Shown here piece after piece: positions 55,040 to 64,000 of a stretch of DNA of 64,000 nt. The position numbers and the translations under genes were made by a program. The DNA is from Acidimicrobiia bacterium (GTDB taxonomy: Bacteria > Actinomycetota > Acidimicrobiia > Spongiisociales > ZC4RG35). The stretch is from positions 131,018 through 195,017 of the forward strand of contig JBGTLA010000095.1 of the NCBI GenBank assembly GCA_041744375.1, written 5' to 3'. Position 1 is the first letter of the stretch; each line of letters opens with the position of its first letter. The notes under the pieces are model-generated. The model ran no database searches. It saw only the letters and a program-made list of their open reading frames with translations, and was not told where the DNA came from.

Positions 55040-56056
55040 ATGGATCAATCCGACACGAGATCTCCGGTCAGCTTGCGGCGCTCGATGCCCGCCGGCATCG
55101 CCCTATTCGTGACGATCGGGGCGCTGATCCTCGGTCTCCTGCTCAATGCGGCCGATATCCGACGGACGGCCGAGCGGCAACCTCTCGGATGGCAGCGATC
55201 GGTGGCTGTGGCACTCGTCGAGCCGGTTTACCACGTCAGCACCTTCTTGCGTCTCGACCGGCCCCGAGCGGCGCTGGACTCGGCCATGGGCCGTGAGACG
55301 GCCCTGCCTCCGGCCACCCAATCCCCGGAGGTCACTCCGTCGGCACCGAGCACCACGTCCACCAGCTTGGCGGTGACGACCACCACCGTTCCCGGTAGGC
55401 GGGTGGTGACCGAGGAAGAACCCCTCGTGATGTACATCGGTGGGGACTCGATGGTGGGCCAGTTCGGCCCCATGCTGCAGAACCGTGCCAACCGCAGCGG
55501 AATGGTGGACTCCGAGTTCGTGTACGAATTCGAGTCCGGCCTCAGCCGCCCCGATTTCGTGGACTGGCCGGAGCGGCTCGACGGGGTCCGCGAGGAGCTG
55601 GACCCAGATGTCTTCGTGCTTTACTTCGGCGGCAACGACGCCCAGGCCATCTACATGCCCGACGGTACCTGGATTCCCTTCGACACACCGGAGTGGGAAG
55701 CCGAGTATCGACGGCGGGTGGCTGAAGTCATGTCCACGCTCGACGCGGACGGGCGCTGGGTCTACTGGATGGGCATGCCCATAGTCCAGTCGGAGACCTT
55801 CCGACCGCGAGTGGAGCTGATGAACTCGGTCTATGAGAGTGTGGCAGACGAATACACCCGGGTCACCTTTGTCGAGTCCTGGTCGGTATTCGTGGATGCC
55901 GATGGGAACTACAGCGAGTATCTACGCGACGAGAGTGGGGACCTGGTCGACATGCGGCTCAACGATGGAGTCCACTTCACCACAGCCGGCGCCATCCGTT
56001 TGGCCGAAGTCTTCTACGGCGTGCTGGCCGGCGACTGGGACCTGCCCTTGGACTAA
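55040..56056 (+). CDS. SGNH/DUF459 hydrolase (AlgJ/PatB-like partner of MBOAT)
   Basis: N-terminal TM, Thr-rich linker, SGNH block GGDSMVG and a C-terminal DxxH-like region (NDGVHFT). Confidence 0.65.
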   Translation: MDQSDTRSPVSLRRSMPAGIALFVTIGALILGLLLNAADIRRTAERQPLGWQRSVAVALVEPVYHVSTFLRLDRPRAALDSAMGRETALPPATQSPEVTPSAPSTTSTSLAVTTTTVPGRRVVTEEEPLVMYIGGDSMVGQFGPMLQNRANRSGMVDSEFVYEFESGLSRPDFVDWPERLDGVREELDPDVFVLYFGGNDAQAIYMPDGTWIPFDTPEWEAEYRRRVAEVMSTLDADGRWVYWMGMPIVQSETFRPRVELMNSVYESVADEYTRVTFVESWSVFVDADGNYSEYLRDESGDLVDMRLNDGVHFTTAGAIRLAEVFYGVLAGDWDLPLD

Positions 56057-56088
56057 GAACGACGCAACGGATCAGAGGGCCGGTGGGT

Positions 56089-57219
56089 TCAAAGGACGCG
56101 AACGGCGACGAGGGTGGCGTCGTCTTGGATCGAACCGGCGACGTGTTCGACCACGCGGGCCAGTACCTCTTGTGTGAGGTTGACGAGAGGGAGCTCGGAG
56201 AGACCACTAACAGAGTCCACCAGCCGGGCGATGCCCCACTCCGAACCGGAGGGTTGGCGGGCTTGAACGACCCCGTCGGTGTAGAGCACCACCGTGTCGC
56301 CGGAAGCGATCGGGAGACGGGTGGGCGCCGCCCCCATCTGGCCGAGGCCCAGCGGTGGACTGGTCGGTGTGAGGGGCATCGCCTCGGTGAGCCCCTCCGT
56401 CGAGAGAATGGGTGGAACGTGGCCGGCACACCACACCGACAGGACCCCCTGTTCGAGGTCGATACGGGCAAGGACGCCGGTGACGTACCCGCAGTCGGTC
56501 CACTGGAAGGCGATCCGGCGGTCGATGGCGGCGGCGATTTCGGCGAGGGACCAGTCCTGCCTGCGTCGCAGCCGGTATTCGCCCAAGGCGACACTCGACA
56601 TCAGCGTGGCCTCCAGGCCGTGGCCGACGGCGTCGAAGATGGCGATGTCAACGCTCTTGTGGTCCACGGCATAGTCGAAGGTGTCTCCGGCGATGTCGTA
56701 GGCCGGTTCCAGCTTGCCGGCTACCTCCACCTGGTTGTCCTCGAAGGACGACGGGGGCAACATCTCGTACTGAATGGTGGCGGCCAGATCGAACCGCCCC
56801 GCCCCCCTGATTCGCTCGACGACATCGCTGTACTGGCGGGCGTCGAGGATGGCGGCGGCTATCACCGAGGCCATGGCCAGCAACGTTCTCTCGTCGAGTC
56901 GGCTGCCGGTCAACTCGAGGACTCCCACTCGTTGGGATCGCCGTGCCAGCGGAACGAAAGCCGTGCTGTCGACGACCTTGAGGGACATCTCCTGAAAGGC
57001 ATCACCCACAGGACCGTTGTCGGCACTAGCTGTTGCGTTGCCGTCATCGAGGGCCGTGAACGATTCGAGGGCGTAATCCACCACCCACACCCTCACTCCG
57101 GTACACATCTCGCCGAGCACCGAGGCGAGTCGTTGGTGGAGTTGGTGGATCGGGGTCGTGTCGAGGGCACCGACCAGGGTTTCGACCATCATCGTCGAGT
57201 CGGGGGGCTCGGATGTCAT
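56089..57219 (-). CDS. PP2C-family serine phosphatase with N-terminal sensory (GAF-like) domain
   Basis: PP2C motifs (DIAGDTFD; DAVGHG; YTDGV). Start ATG 57219 overlaps the stop of the upstream recombinase gene (ATGA). Confidence 0.7.
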   Translation of the reverse strand: MTSEPPDSTMMVETLVGALDTTPIHQLHQRLASVLGEMCTGVRVWVVDYALESFTALDDGNATASADNGPVGDAFQEMSLKVVDSTAFVPLARRSQRVGVLELTGSRLDERTLLAMASVIAAAILDARQYSDVVERIRGAGRFDLAATIQYEMLPPSSFEDNQVEVAGKLEPAYDIAGDTFDYAVDHKSVDIAIFDAVGHGLEATLMSSVALGEYRLRRRQDWSLAEIAAAIDRRIAFQWTDCGYVTGVLARIDLEQGVLSVWCAGHVPPILSTEGLTEAMPLTPTSPPLGLGQMGAAPTRLPIASGDTVVLYTDGVVQARQPSGSEWGIARLVDSVSGLSELPLVNLTQEVLARVVEHVAGSIQDDATLVAVRVL

Positions 57220-58205
57220 CGTTCTGAGAGGATGCGACGGGCGGGGTTGGCCATTGCCGTGTCCTCCACACCGCGGGCGGCGACGTCGATGTAGGCCTGG
57301 GTCGTGGCCAGGTCGGAGTGGCCCAGCAGGCGCTGCACTTCGGGCACCGACCCGGATTGTTCTACCAGCAAGGTGGCGTAGGTGTGACGAAGTGAGTGGG
57401 CCAAGGCGCCGGGGGGAGGGGCCACCGCGGCCCGCCGGAACCAACCCAACACCAGGTGGTCGATGACCTTGGGAGTGAGGGGTTTCCCACCGGGACGGAC
57501 CACGAGGCGGTCGGTGGCCTCGAACCCCCCGACGAGATCGCGGCGCGACTCCAGGTATCTGTCGATGATGACGACGACCTCGGGCGGGATGGGGACGGTT
57601 CGGATTACGCCGCCTTTGCCCGCTACCGACAGCTTCGTCATCTCGGTGGGGGAGCGCCGCACATCCCCGACTCGCAGCCCGATAGCCTCCGAGACCCGGA
57701 TGCCGGCCCCCACGAAAAGAGCGCACAACACCTGCTCGAGTTCGGGCCAGGGCGTCCTCGTGCGTTCACCGGGGACTTGGGCGGCCGCTACCACTCGGGT
57801 CAGATCGTCTTCGGATATCGGTTTCGGTCGCCACCGCTGGGCCTTGGGTGGCTCGACGAAGTCGATCGGGTTGGTTTCGAGGAGTTGGCGGTGGACCACG
57901 AGCCAGCGGCAGAAGCCCGACCACGTCGAGCGACACCGGCGGATGGTAGAGGCGGCATGATCAGAGGCGTAACGGGCAAAGACGTCGGTCATGACATCCG
58001 GAGTCAGGTCGGCGACCGTGAGGCGCCCCAGGTGGCGCTCGAAGGAATCGGGTCCCTCGCCGACGTCGTGTCTCAACTCCTCGGTCATCAGCCGGCCGAT
58101 GATGGCCAGGTCGGCACGGCGGGCGCGCCTGGTGGCAGACGACGGCTTGGATGTGTTCTTCCACGCCAGCCACCGTTGCGCCAGATCGGAGAGTGGTTCT
58201 TGCAT
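57216..58205 (-). CDS. tyrosine recombinase (XerC/XerD family)
   Basis: C-terminal catalytic motifs ...LRHTYATLLVEQSGSVPEVQRLLGHSDLATTQAYIDV...; 329 aa. Confidence 0.8.
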   Translation of the reverse strand: MQEPLSDLAQRWLAWKNTSKPSSATRRARRADLAIIGRLMTEELRHDVGEGPDSFERHLGRLTVADLTPDVMTDVFARYASDHAASTIRRCRSTWSGFCRWLVVHRQLLETNPIDFVEPPKAQRWRPKPISEDDLTRVVAAAQVPGERTRTPWPELEQVLCALFVGAGIRVSEAIGLRVGDVRRSPTEMTKLSVAGKGGVIRTVPIPPEVVVIIDRYLESRRDLVGGFEATDRLVVRPGGKPLTPKVIDHLVLGWFRRAAVAPPPGALAHSLRHTYATLLVEQSGSVPEVQRLLGHSDLATTQAYIDVAARGVEDTAMANPARRILSER

Positions 58206-58314
58206 GGCGCCACCTTAGACGATGAGGGCCCATTGAGTGCGGATAATACAGATTATCCGCAACAAGCAGAGGTCAGGCACCAAGGTGGTCAGCAAGGGCC
58301 ATCCGGGGCCACTC

Positions 58315-58683
58315 TCAACCGGTGGCGAGAGGTTCCAGGGCGATGGTGCGAGCTTCACCACAGGCTCGATAGAGATGCCAGAGCGCTTGGCGTGTGCCGG
58401 CGTCGGAACCGTCTTCACCCAGATCGGTGTCGACGTCGTCCATGGCGGCTTCGATGCGATACACGAAATCGCGTATGTCGTCGAGGCGGGACTGGGCCAT
58501 GAGGACCTGATCGGGTTGCAACCGGTGAGTCGTTGCCAGTCTGCGGGCCTCGTAGGCGCGCTGGCGATGGCTACGCCGACAGTATCGCGACGGCCGCCCG
58601 GCACCGGAGGTGATAGCGAAGCGCCGACCACACCACTGGCACCTCTGCTCTCGGGGACTGTGGCCTTCGGTTGATAACGTCAC
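58315..58683 (-). CDS. zinc-ribbon hypothetical protein
   Basis: CQWCGRRFAITSGAGRPSRYCRRSHRQRAYEARR, the same C-x2-C-G...YC..HR..A.E.R pattern as the element protein at 18741..19208. Confidence 0.45.
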   Translation of the reverse strand: MTLSTEGHSPREQRCQWCGRRFAITSGAGRPSRYCRRSHRQRAYEARRLATTHRLQPDQVLMAQSRLDDIRDFVYRIEAAMDDVDTDLGEDGSDAGTRQALWHLYRACGEARTIALEPLATG

Positions 58684-58722
58684 TGTGACGATATAGTAGC
58701 CGCTTGCGCCGGTGGGGCGACG

Positions 58723-59088
58723 TCAGTCCGCTGCCGGCTGGAGGATCTCGACGCGGTTGCCGAACGGGTCGGTGATGTACATCCGATCGTAACCGGGAAG
58801 CGGCTCATCGACCGCGATGGGGATCCCGGATCGTTCCAATCGCCGCTTCATGCCGCCGAGGTCGTTGGTGAGCAATGCCGGATGAGCTTTGCGGGTCGGA
58901 CGGAAGTCTGCGTCCACCCCCAGGTGGATGTGGGCAGAGCCTCCCACGAACCAGCACCCACCTCGCGCGGCCAAGTGGTGAGGCTTTGGTGTCTGCACGA
59001 GGCCCAGCACCCCGGCGTAAAAGGCCACAGCCTCTTTCTCCTGACCGGGGGGCATGGCCAGTTGCACGTGGTGAAGGCCGGTGATCAT
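58723..59088 (-). CDS. VOC/glyoxalase-family protein
   Basis: HVQLAMPPGQEKEAVAFYAGVLGL... and ...YITDPFGNRVEIL. Confidence 0.75.
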   Translation of the reverse strand: MITGLHHVQLAMPPGQEKEAVAFYAGVLGLVQTPKPHHLAARGGCWFVGGSAHIHLGVDADFRPTRKAHPALLTNDLGGMKRRLERSGIPIAVDEPLPGYDRMYITDPFGNRVEILQPAAD

Positions 59089-59639
59089 CCAGCCGCGGCC
59101 TTCGCCGCCTCCTTTTCGGTCGATGCACCCGCGCTGGTCAGCTCGCCGGCGGCGTTCTCGAGATGGGCCCGAACGAACCAGTGGTTCTGCTCCAGTTCGC
59201 CGATCTGGCCGACCAGGATGTCTTCGGTGACCGGGTCGAGCTCACCGAGGGCCTCTTGGGCTTTGCGGTGATCTTCGATGACTCCTGCATACACGAGATC
59301 GAGGGCGGCGAGATGCGCATCTGTCGTGGCCCGCCCGATGGAGTAATCCTCCCAGCGACGGGCGTCCACGACATGGCCGGGAGTGCCGTTGGGCGACCCT
59401 CCCAGGGTGGCGATCCGCTCGGCGAGGACGTCGACCATCGCCTGCACCGAAGCATGCTGGGGGTCGAGCATCTCGTGGACGCCGATGAAGCTGGGGCCCA
59501 CCACGTTCCAGTGGATGTGTTTGAGGGTAAGGGCCAGGTCGATGAGCGAAACCAGGCGATCGTCGAGAGTGGTGATGATATCTCGGGCCGATTCGAGGCT
59601 GAGGCCGGGAGTGGTGTAGGCGGGGGTGTCGGTATTCAT
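59085..59639 (-). CDS. dps: DNA starvation/stationary-phase protection protein Dps
   Basis: Dps ferroxidase motif LKHIHWNVVGPSFIGVHEMLD...; start at MNTDTP (ATG 59639). Confidence 0.85.
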   Translation of the reverse strand: MNTDTPAYTTPGLSLESARDIITTLDDRLVSLIDLALTLKHIHWNVVGPSFIGVHEMLDPQHASVQAMVDVLAERIATLGGSPNGTPGHVVDARRWEDYSIGRATTDAHLAALDLVYAGVIEDHRKAQEALGELDPVTEDILVGQIGELEQNHWFVRAHLENAAGELTSAGASTEKEAAKAAAG

Positions 59640-59730
59640 ACGCCAATACTGCCACGAAGCCGGAGTATCCAAACACGGGATGGCTTTGACATGCCGCCTC
59701 ACCGATGCTGTACTCGACACGTTGACAACG

Positions 59731-59875
59731 CGCTCATCCAGAGCGGCGGAGGGACAGGCCCTGTGAAGCCGCGGCAACCGGCCGGATCGGTGACAACCGA
59801 ATCGGACCACGGTGCCAATGCCTGATCGATGAATGCTTCGGCGGAAGTTACCGCTCGAAGCGCTCTGACTGGAGC
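59731..59875 (+). promoter_or_regulatory. SAM-I (S-box) riboswitch
   Basis: gCUCAUCcAGAGcGGCGGAGGGACaGGCCCugUGAAGCCgCGGCAACC...GGUGCCAAUgCCUG...GAUGAA matches the SAM-I consensus (P1-P4, kink-turn region, GGUGCCAAU). P1 closes with CUGGAGCG. Lies upstream of osmC-like/metY. Confidence 0.75.
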
Positions 59876-60073
59876 GTAACAAGCGAGCAAGAGGAACCAC
59901 CGCCATGACACACCCCCACTCCCCCACCTTCCTCCCGCCGGTCTCTGTGTCGGCACCCATGTACATGCCCGGGCTCCGGGCGCCATGTCTCTGTACCCAC
60001 TGACTCACCGCACCGCCCGCGAGCACAGGCCCTGCGGTGAGCCATCTGCAGACTTATCCACTACATGGAGGAC

Positions 60074-60594
60074 ACATGACCACTACCTACACATTGAATG
60101 AAGTCGATATCGCCACCGTCGCCGCCCTGACAGAAGCAGTGACGGCAGACCCCTCGGCCGCTCTCACCACTTGGAGCGCCGACGTGAGATGGACAGGGGG
60201 GTTCCGGAGCGAGGCGAGCATCGGCGACCACACGCCCATCCCCTCCGACGAGCCAACCGGCCTCGGGGGAACTGCCACCGCCCCCAATCCCGTCGAGCAG
60301 GTGCTGGGAGCCTTCGGCAATTGCTTGGCGGTGGGGATCGCGGCCAACGCCACCGCCCGGAACATCCAGATCGAGGAACTCAGCATTTCGGTGACCGGCG
60401 ACCTCGATCTGCGGTGCTTCCTCGGCGTGACGGAGGGTCACGCCGGATTCGATGCCATCCGCGCCAGCGTCTACCTCGACACCACAGCCGAAGCGGAGGC
60501 GGTCGACGACCTGATCCGACACGTCGTGGCGACATCCCCGGTGGGCCACACGCTGGCCGGCGCCATTCCGGTGAACGTGACCCGAGACGAGTAA
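60074..60594 (+). CDS. OsmC-family protein
   Basis: GGAGG RBS before the ATG; OsmC/Ohr fold with ...LGAFGNCLAV... Cys motif. Confidence 0.7.
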
Positions 60595-60644
60595 GGACCG
60601 AGAGATGGCTCCGGGGCGGGTTCTCCCCGCCCCGGGGCCACTAG

Positions 60645-61955
<1,311 letters not shown>

Positions 61956-61976
61956 CCGAGCAGGGGCGGGAGGGCG

Positions 61977-62720
61977 TCAGCCCTCTCCTCCCTGCTTGCG
62001 ATACACGGTCACATGAGTGGGCGACTCGTGGGTGAACGGCGACTCGTCGTACCACTGATAGCGCTCAGTCGGCTGTAGCCCGGCCGCGGCCGCCAGGGTG
62101 TCGATCTGGTCTGGGAACAGGTACCGGATGGGCACGGGAAGCATGTGGAACGTGCCATCGGCCCGACGGACCTCCACGACCGAGTCGACCTTTTGCTCGG
62201 CGGGGTGGTGCACGCTGTACTCCACCACCACCTGATCGACCGACACCTGGCGCGTCCTCACCGTCTGGCCCCGGTCGAAACGCCCGAGGTCCGGGACGAA
62301 CGCCTCGATGACGAAGGACCCACCCGCAGAGAGAGCCCCAGCTACCGAGCGGAAGACGTCGGCCTGTTGGGCGCCATCTTGGACCGCGAAGAGCGTGTTG
62401 AATACGAGGAGGGCGAGGGGATATCGCTCTTCCAAGGAGAAGTCGGTCATGTCGGACGCGACGATGGGCACCTCGGCTCCGCCCGGTCGGGAGCGAAGTT
62501 GCTCCAACATCTTCGGAGAGATCTCGATTCCATGCACCTGTAAGCCGCGGGCCAGGATCGGAATGGCCATGCGGCCACTCCCGATCGCCAGCTCCAGGAT
62601 CGGCCCCCCACCGGCGCGCGACTCGACGAAGTCGAGGACGTCTTCTTGCGGCGGGGGGAAGAGGTCGTCGTAGTGCTCGGCCCACATGTCGCCGTAGGTG
62701 CTCTTGTGGTAGCTCTCCAT
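61977..62720 (-). CDS. class I SAM-dependent methyltransferase
   Basis: Motif I LELAIGSGRMAIPLA; start at MESYHKSTYGDMWAEHYD. Confidence 0.75.
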   Translation of the reverse strand: MESYHKSTYGDMWAEHYDDLFPPPQEDVLDFVESRAGGGPILELAIGSGRMAIPILARGLQVHGIEISPKMLEQLRSRPGGAEVPIVASDMTDFSLEERYPLALLVFNTLFAVQDGAQQADVFRSVAGALSAGGSFVIEAFVPDLGRFDRGQTVRTRQVSVDQVVVEYSVHHPAEQKVDSVVEVRRADGTFHMLPVPIRYLFPDQIDTLAAAAGLQPTERYQWYDESPFTHESPTHVTVYRKQGGEG

Positions 62721-62809
62721 CCCTGGAGTCTTCCACGCCGGTGGGGGCGCTGGCGGTGAATTTGGAGCGGCGGACGGACGGTGACGGCTGCGCCTCCCCA
62801 CCCGTGTCT

Positions 62810-63739
62810 TCAGGGCAGGGCGGATATCCGTTCGACGACCAGCTCAGCGAAGCGGTCTCCGTCGATGGCCATTCCTACCCGCACGTTGGGGGGCTGGTCT
62901 GTGACATGCCAGCGATCGACCACCGTCCGGCCGGCGGTGAGAGCCGAGGATGTTTCGATCTCCACGTAGAAGCGCTCCGCCTCGATGAGATCCGGCCAGA
63001 TCACATCGGCCACGGCCACGGCGTCGTGGATGGGCGATGAGTCGAGGCCGTACACCTCTTGGTGGAAGCGGACGTAGAACTCCAACAGCTCGGCCACGAA
63101 GGTGCCGCAGGAGCCTTCGCCCCGGAGTCTTTCGCCGTGGGCCCGTCCCATCCGCGCTTGATGAGTGACGTCGAGGCCCACCATCGTCAGGTCGAGACCA
63201 CTCCCGAACACGATGGCGGCAGCTTCCGGGTCGGTCCAGATGTTGAACTCCGCCGAAGGTGTGATGTTGCCGAGGCCGATGGACCCACCCATGACGACGA
63301 CCCGCTCCACAAACTCGCTCACGTCCGGATGTCGTCGGATGAGCATGGCCACGTTCGTCAGAGGCCCCACCGCCACCAATGTGACCGGCTGGGGAGCCGC
63401 CCGCAGGGTCTCGGCCGTGAAGTCGACGGCGTGAGCTTGGACCGCAGCGGCCTTCGGGGCGGGTAGAGAAGGGCCGTCCATACCTGAGCGGCCGTGGACG
63501 TGATCGGCGGTTCGCAAGGGCCTGACGAGGGGGTGATCGCAGCCGGCGGCCACGGGAACGTCGGTGCGCCCTGCCACTTCCAGCACGGTGAGGGCGTTGC
63601 GGGTGGTGTTGGCGAGGCCCGAGTTGCCTCCCACGGTAGTGACACCGAGGACCTCGAGTTCGGGGCTGGCGAGCGCCAAGAGCAAGGCAATGGCGTCGTC
63701 GTGCCCCGGGTCGCAGTCGATGAGGACGGGAATGCTCAC
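62810..63739 (-). CDS. nucleoside hydrolase (IU-NH family)
   Basis: N-terminal DCDPGHDDAIAL aspartate cluster. Confidence 0.85.
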   Translation of the reverse strand: MSIPVLIDCDPGHDDAIALLLALASPELEVLGVTTVGGNSGLANTTRNALTVLEVAGRTDVPVAAGCDHPLVRPLRTADHVHGRSGMDGPSLPAPKAAAVQAHAVDFTAETLRAAPQPVTLVAVGPLTNVAMLIRRHPDVSEFVERVVVMGGSIGLGNITPSAEFNIWTDPEAAAIVFGSGLDLTMVGLDVTHQARMGRAHGERLRGEGSCGTFVAELLEFYVRFHQEVYGLDSSPIHDAVAVADVIWPDLIEAERFYVEIETSSALTAGRTVVDRWHVTDQPPNVRVGMAIDGDRFAELVVERISALP

Positions 63740-64000
63740 GAGCCCATGACGGCGGCGATGTCGGCTCCGCGGGGTGCCGACACCTGCGCTCCCCTACGGG
63801 TGGTGGCCAACGCCCCGGCGGCACAGGCCCAGCGGAGAGCAAAGGCCACGCTCCTGCCTTCGAGGAGGGCCGTCACGAGCGCACCGCAGAATGCGTCCCC
63901 GGCACCGACCGTGTCGATCGCCACCACAGCCGGGGGTTGCGCCTCGGCCACCAACCGCCCGGAGCGGAAGGCCTTGGCGCCGGCGGCTCCCATCGTGACA
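63736..64000 (-). CDS. PfkB-family sugar kinase (ribokinase-like), C-terminal fragment; gene continues beyond window end
   Basis: GAGDAF motif and ribokinase C-terminal region; the reading frame is open to the window edge. Confidence 0.7.
   Translation of the reverse strand, partial: VTMGAAGAKAFRSGRLVAEAQPPAVVAIDTVGAGDAFCGALVTALLEGRSVAFALRWACAAGALATTRRGAQVSAPRGADIAAVMGS

Noticed and set aside
57216-58205. Calling this recombinase canonical xerC/xerD
   Set aside because: It is translationally coupled to a PP2C phosphatase and adjacent to a phage-like zinc-ribbon gene, and it is not in the conserved pyrG–nudix–xerD position seen in related actinobacteria. It is labelled only as Xer-family.

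Overview
This window is a high-GC, actinobacterial-type chromosomal segment. Genes are tightly packed and many are translationally coupled through ATGA/GTGA overlaps. Many long antisense 'ORFs' in the track are GC artefacts and were ignored. Coordinates come from the ORF track plus hand indexing, so start codons may be off by 1-3 nt; GTG/TTG alternatives are noted where relevant.

Layout:
- 1-15.2 kb (+ strand): conserved housekeeping block recN(C-term)–enoyl-CoA hydratase–acyl-CoA synthetase–dapB–pyrG–NUDIX–ald–GNAT–dksA-like–HD–scpA–scpB–rluB–aroA–cmk–ispH–der.
- 15.4-18.3 kb (- strand): an AhpD/CMD-family gene interrupted by an in-frame TGA exactly at the second Cys of its CxxC motif (candidate selenoprotein), a fused membrane/spermidine-synthase-like gene, and a SagB-type nitroreductase lipoprotein.
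- 18.46-27.83 kb: a ~9.3-kb integrated element inserted at the 3' end of an intact tRNA-Pro(GGG) gene. A diverged copy of the tRNA 3' half plus its terminator hairpin is duplicated at the far end. Gene content and order match a phage satellite (PICI-like): int, divergent regulators, xis-like HTH genes, a Spo11/TopoVI-A-like Toprim protein, a DUF5710-J-domain fusion, Prim-Pol, an AAA_25 helicase, a 300-bp iteron array immediately 3' of the helicase gene (putative ori), small coupled genes including a terS-like gene. No capsid, tail, lysis or conjugation genes are present.
- 27.9-64 kb: lipoprotein, pgsA–gcvH–FHA(GarA-like)–merR, dacB-like carboxypeptidase, hpt, BFN nuclease, merR, gcvT, hydrolases, rnhB, an esterase–ATP-grasp–esterase operon, AcnX large+small subunits followed by a PAS histidine kinase, galE, phosphohexomutase, ferritin, thioesterase, ilvE, alkB, a GH-like/MBOAT/SGNH O-acetylation module, a PP2C phosphatase translationally coupled to a Xer-like recombinase, VOC, dps, a SAM-I riboswitch ahead of osmC–metY, a methyltransferase, a nucleoside hydrolase and a partial ribokinase.
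- A ~105-bp repeat with terminal inverted repeats occurs twice, in opposite orientation (7.6 kb and 32.5 kb).
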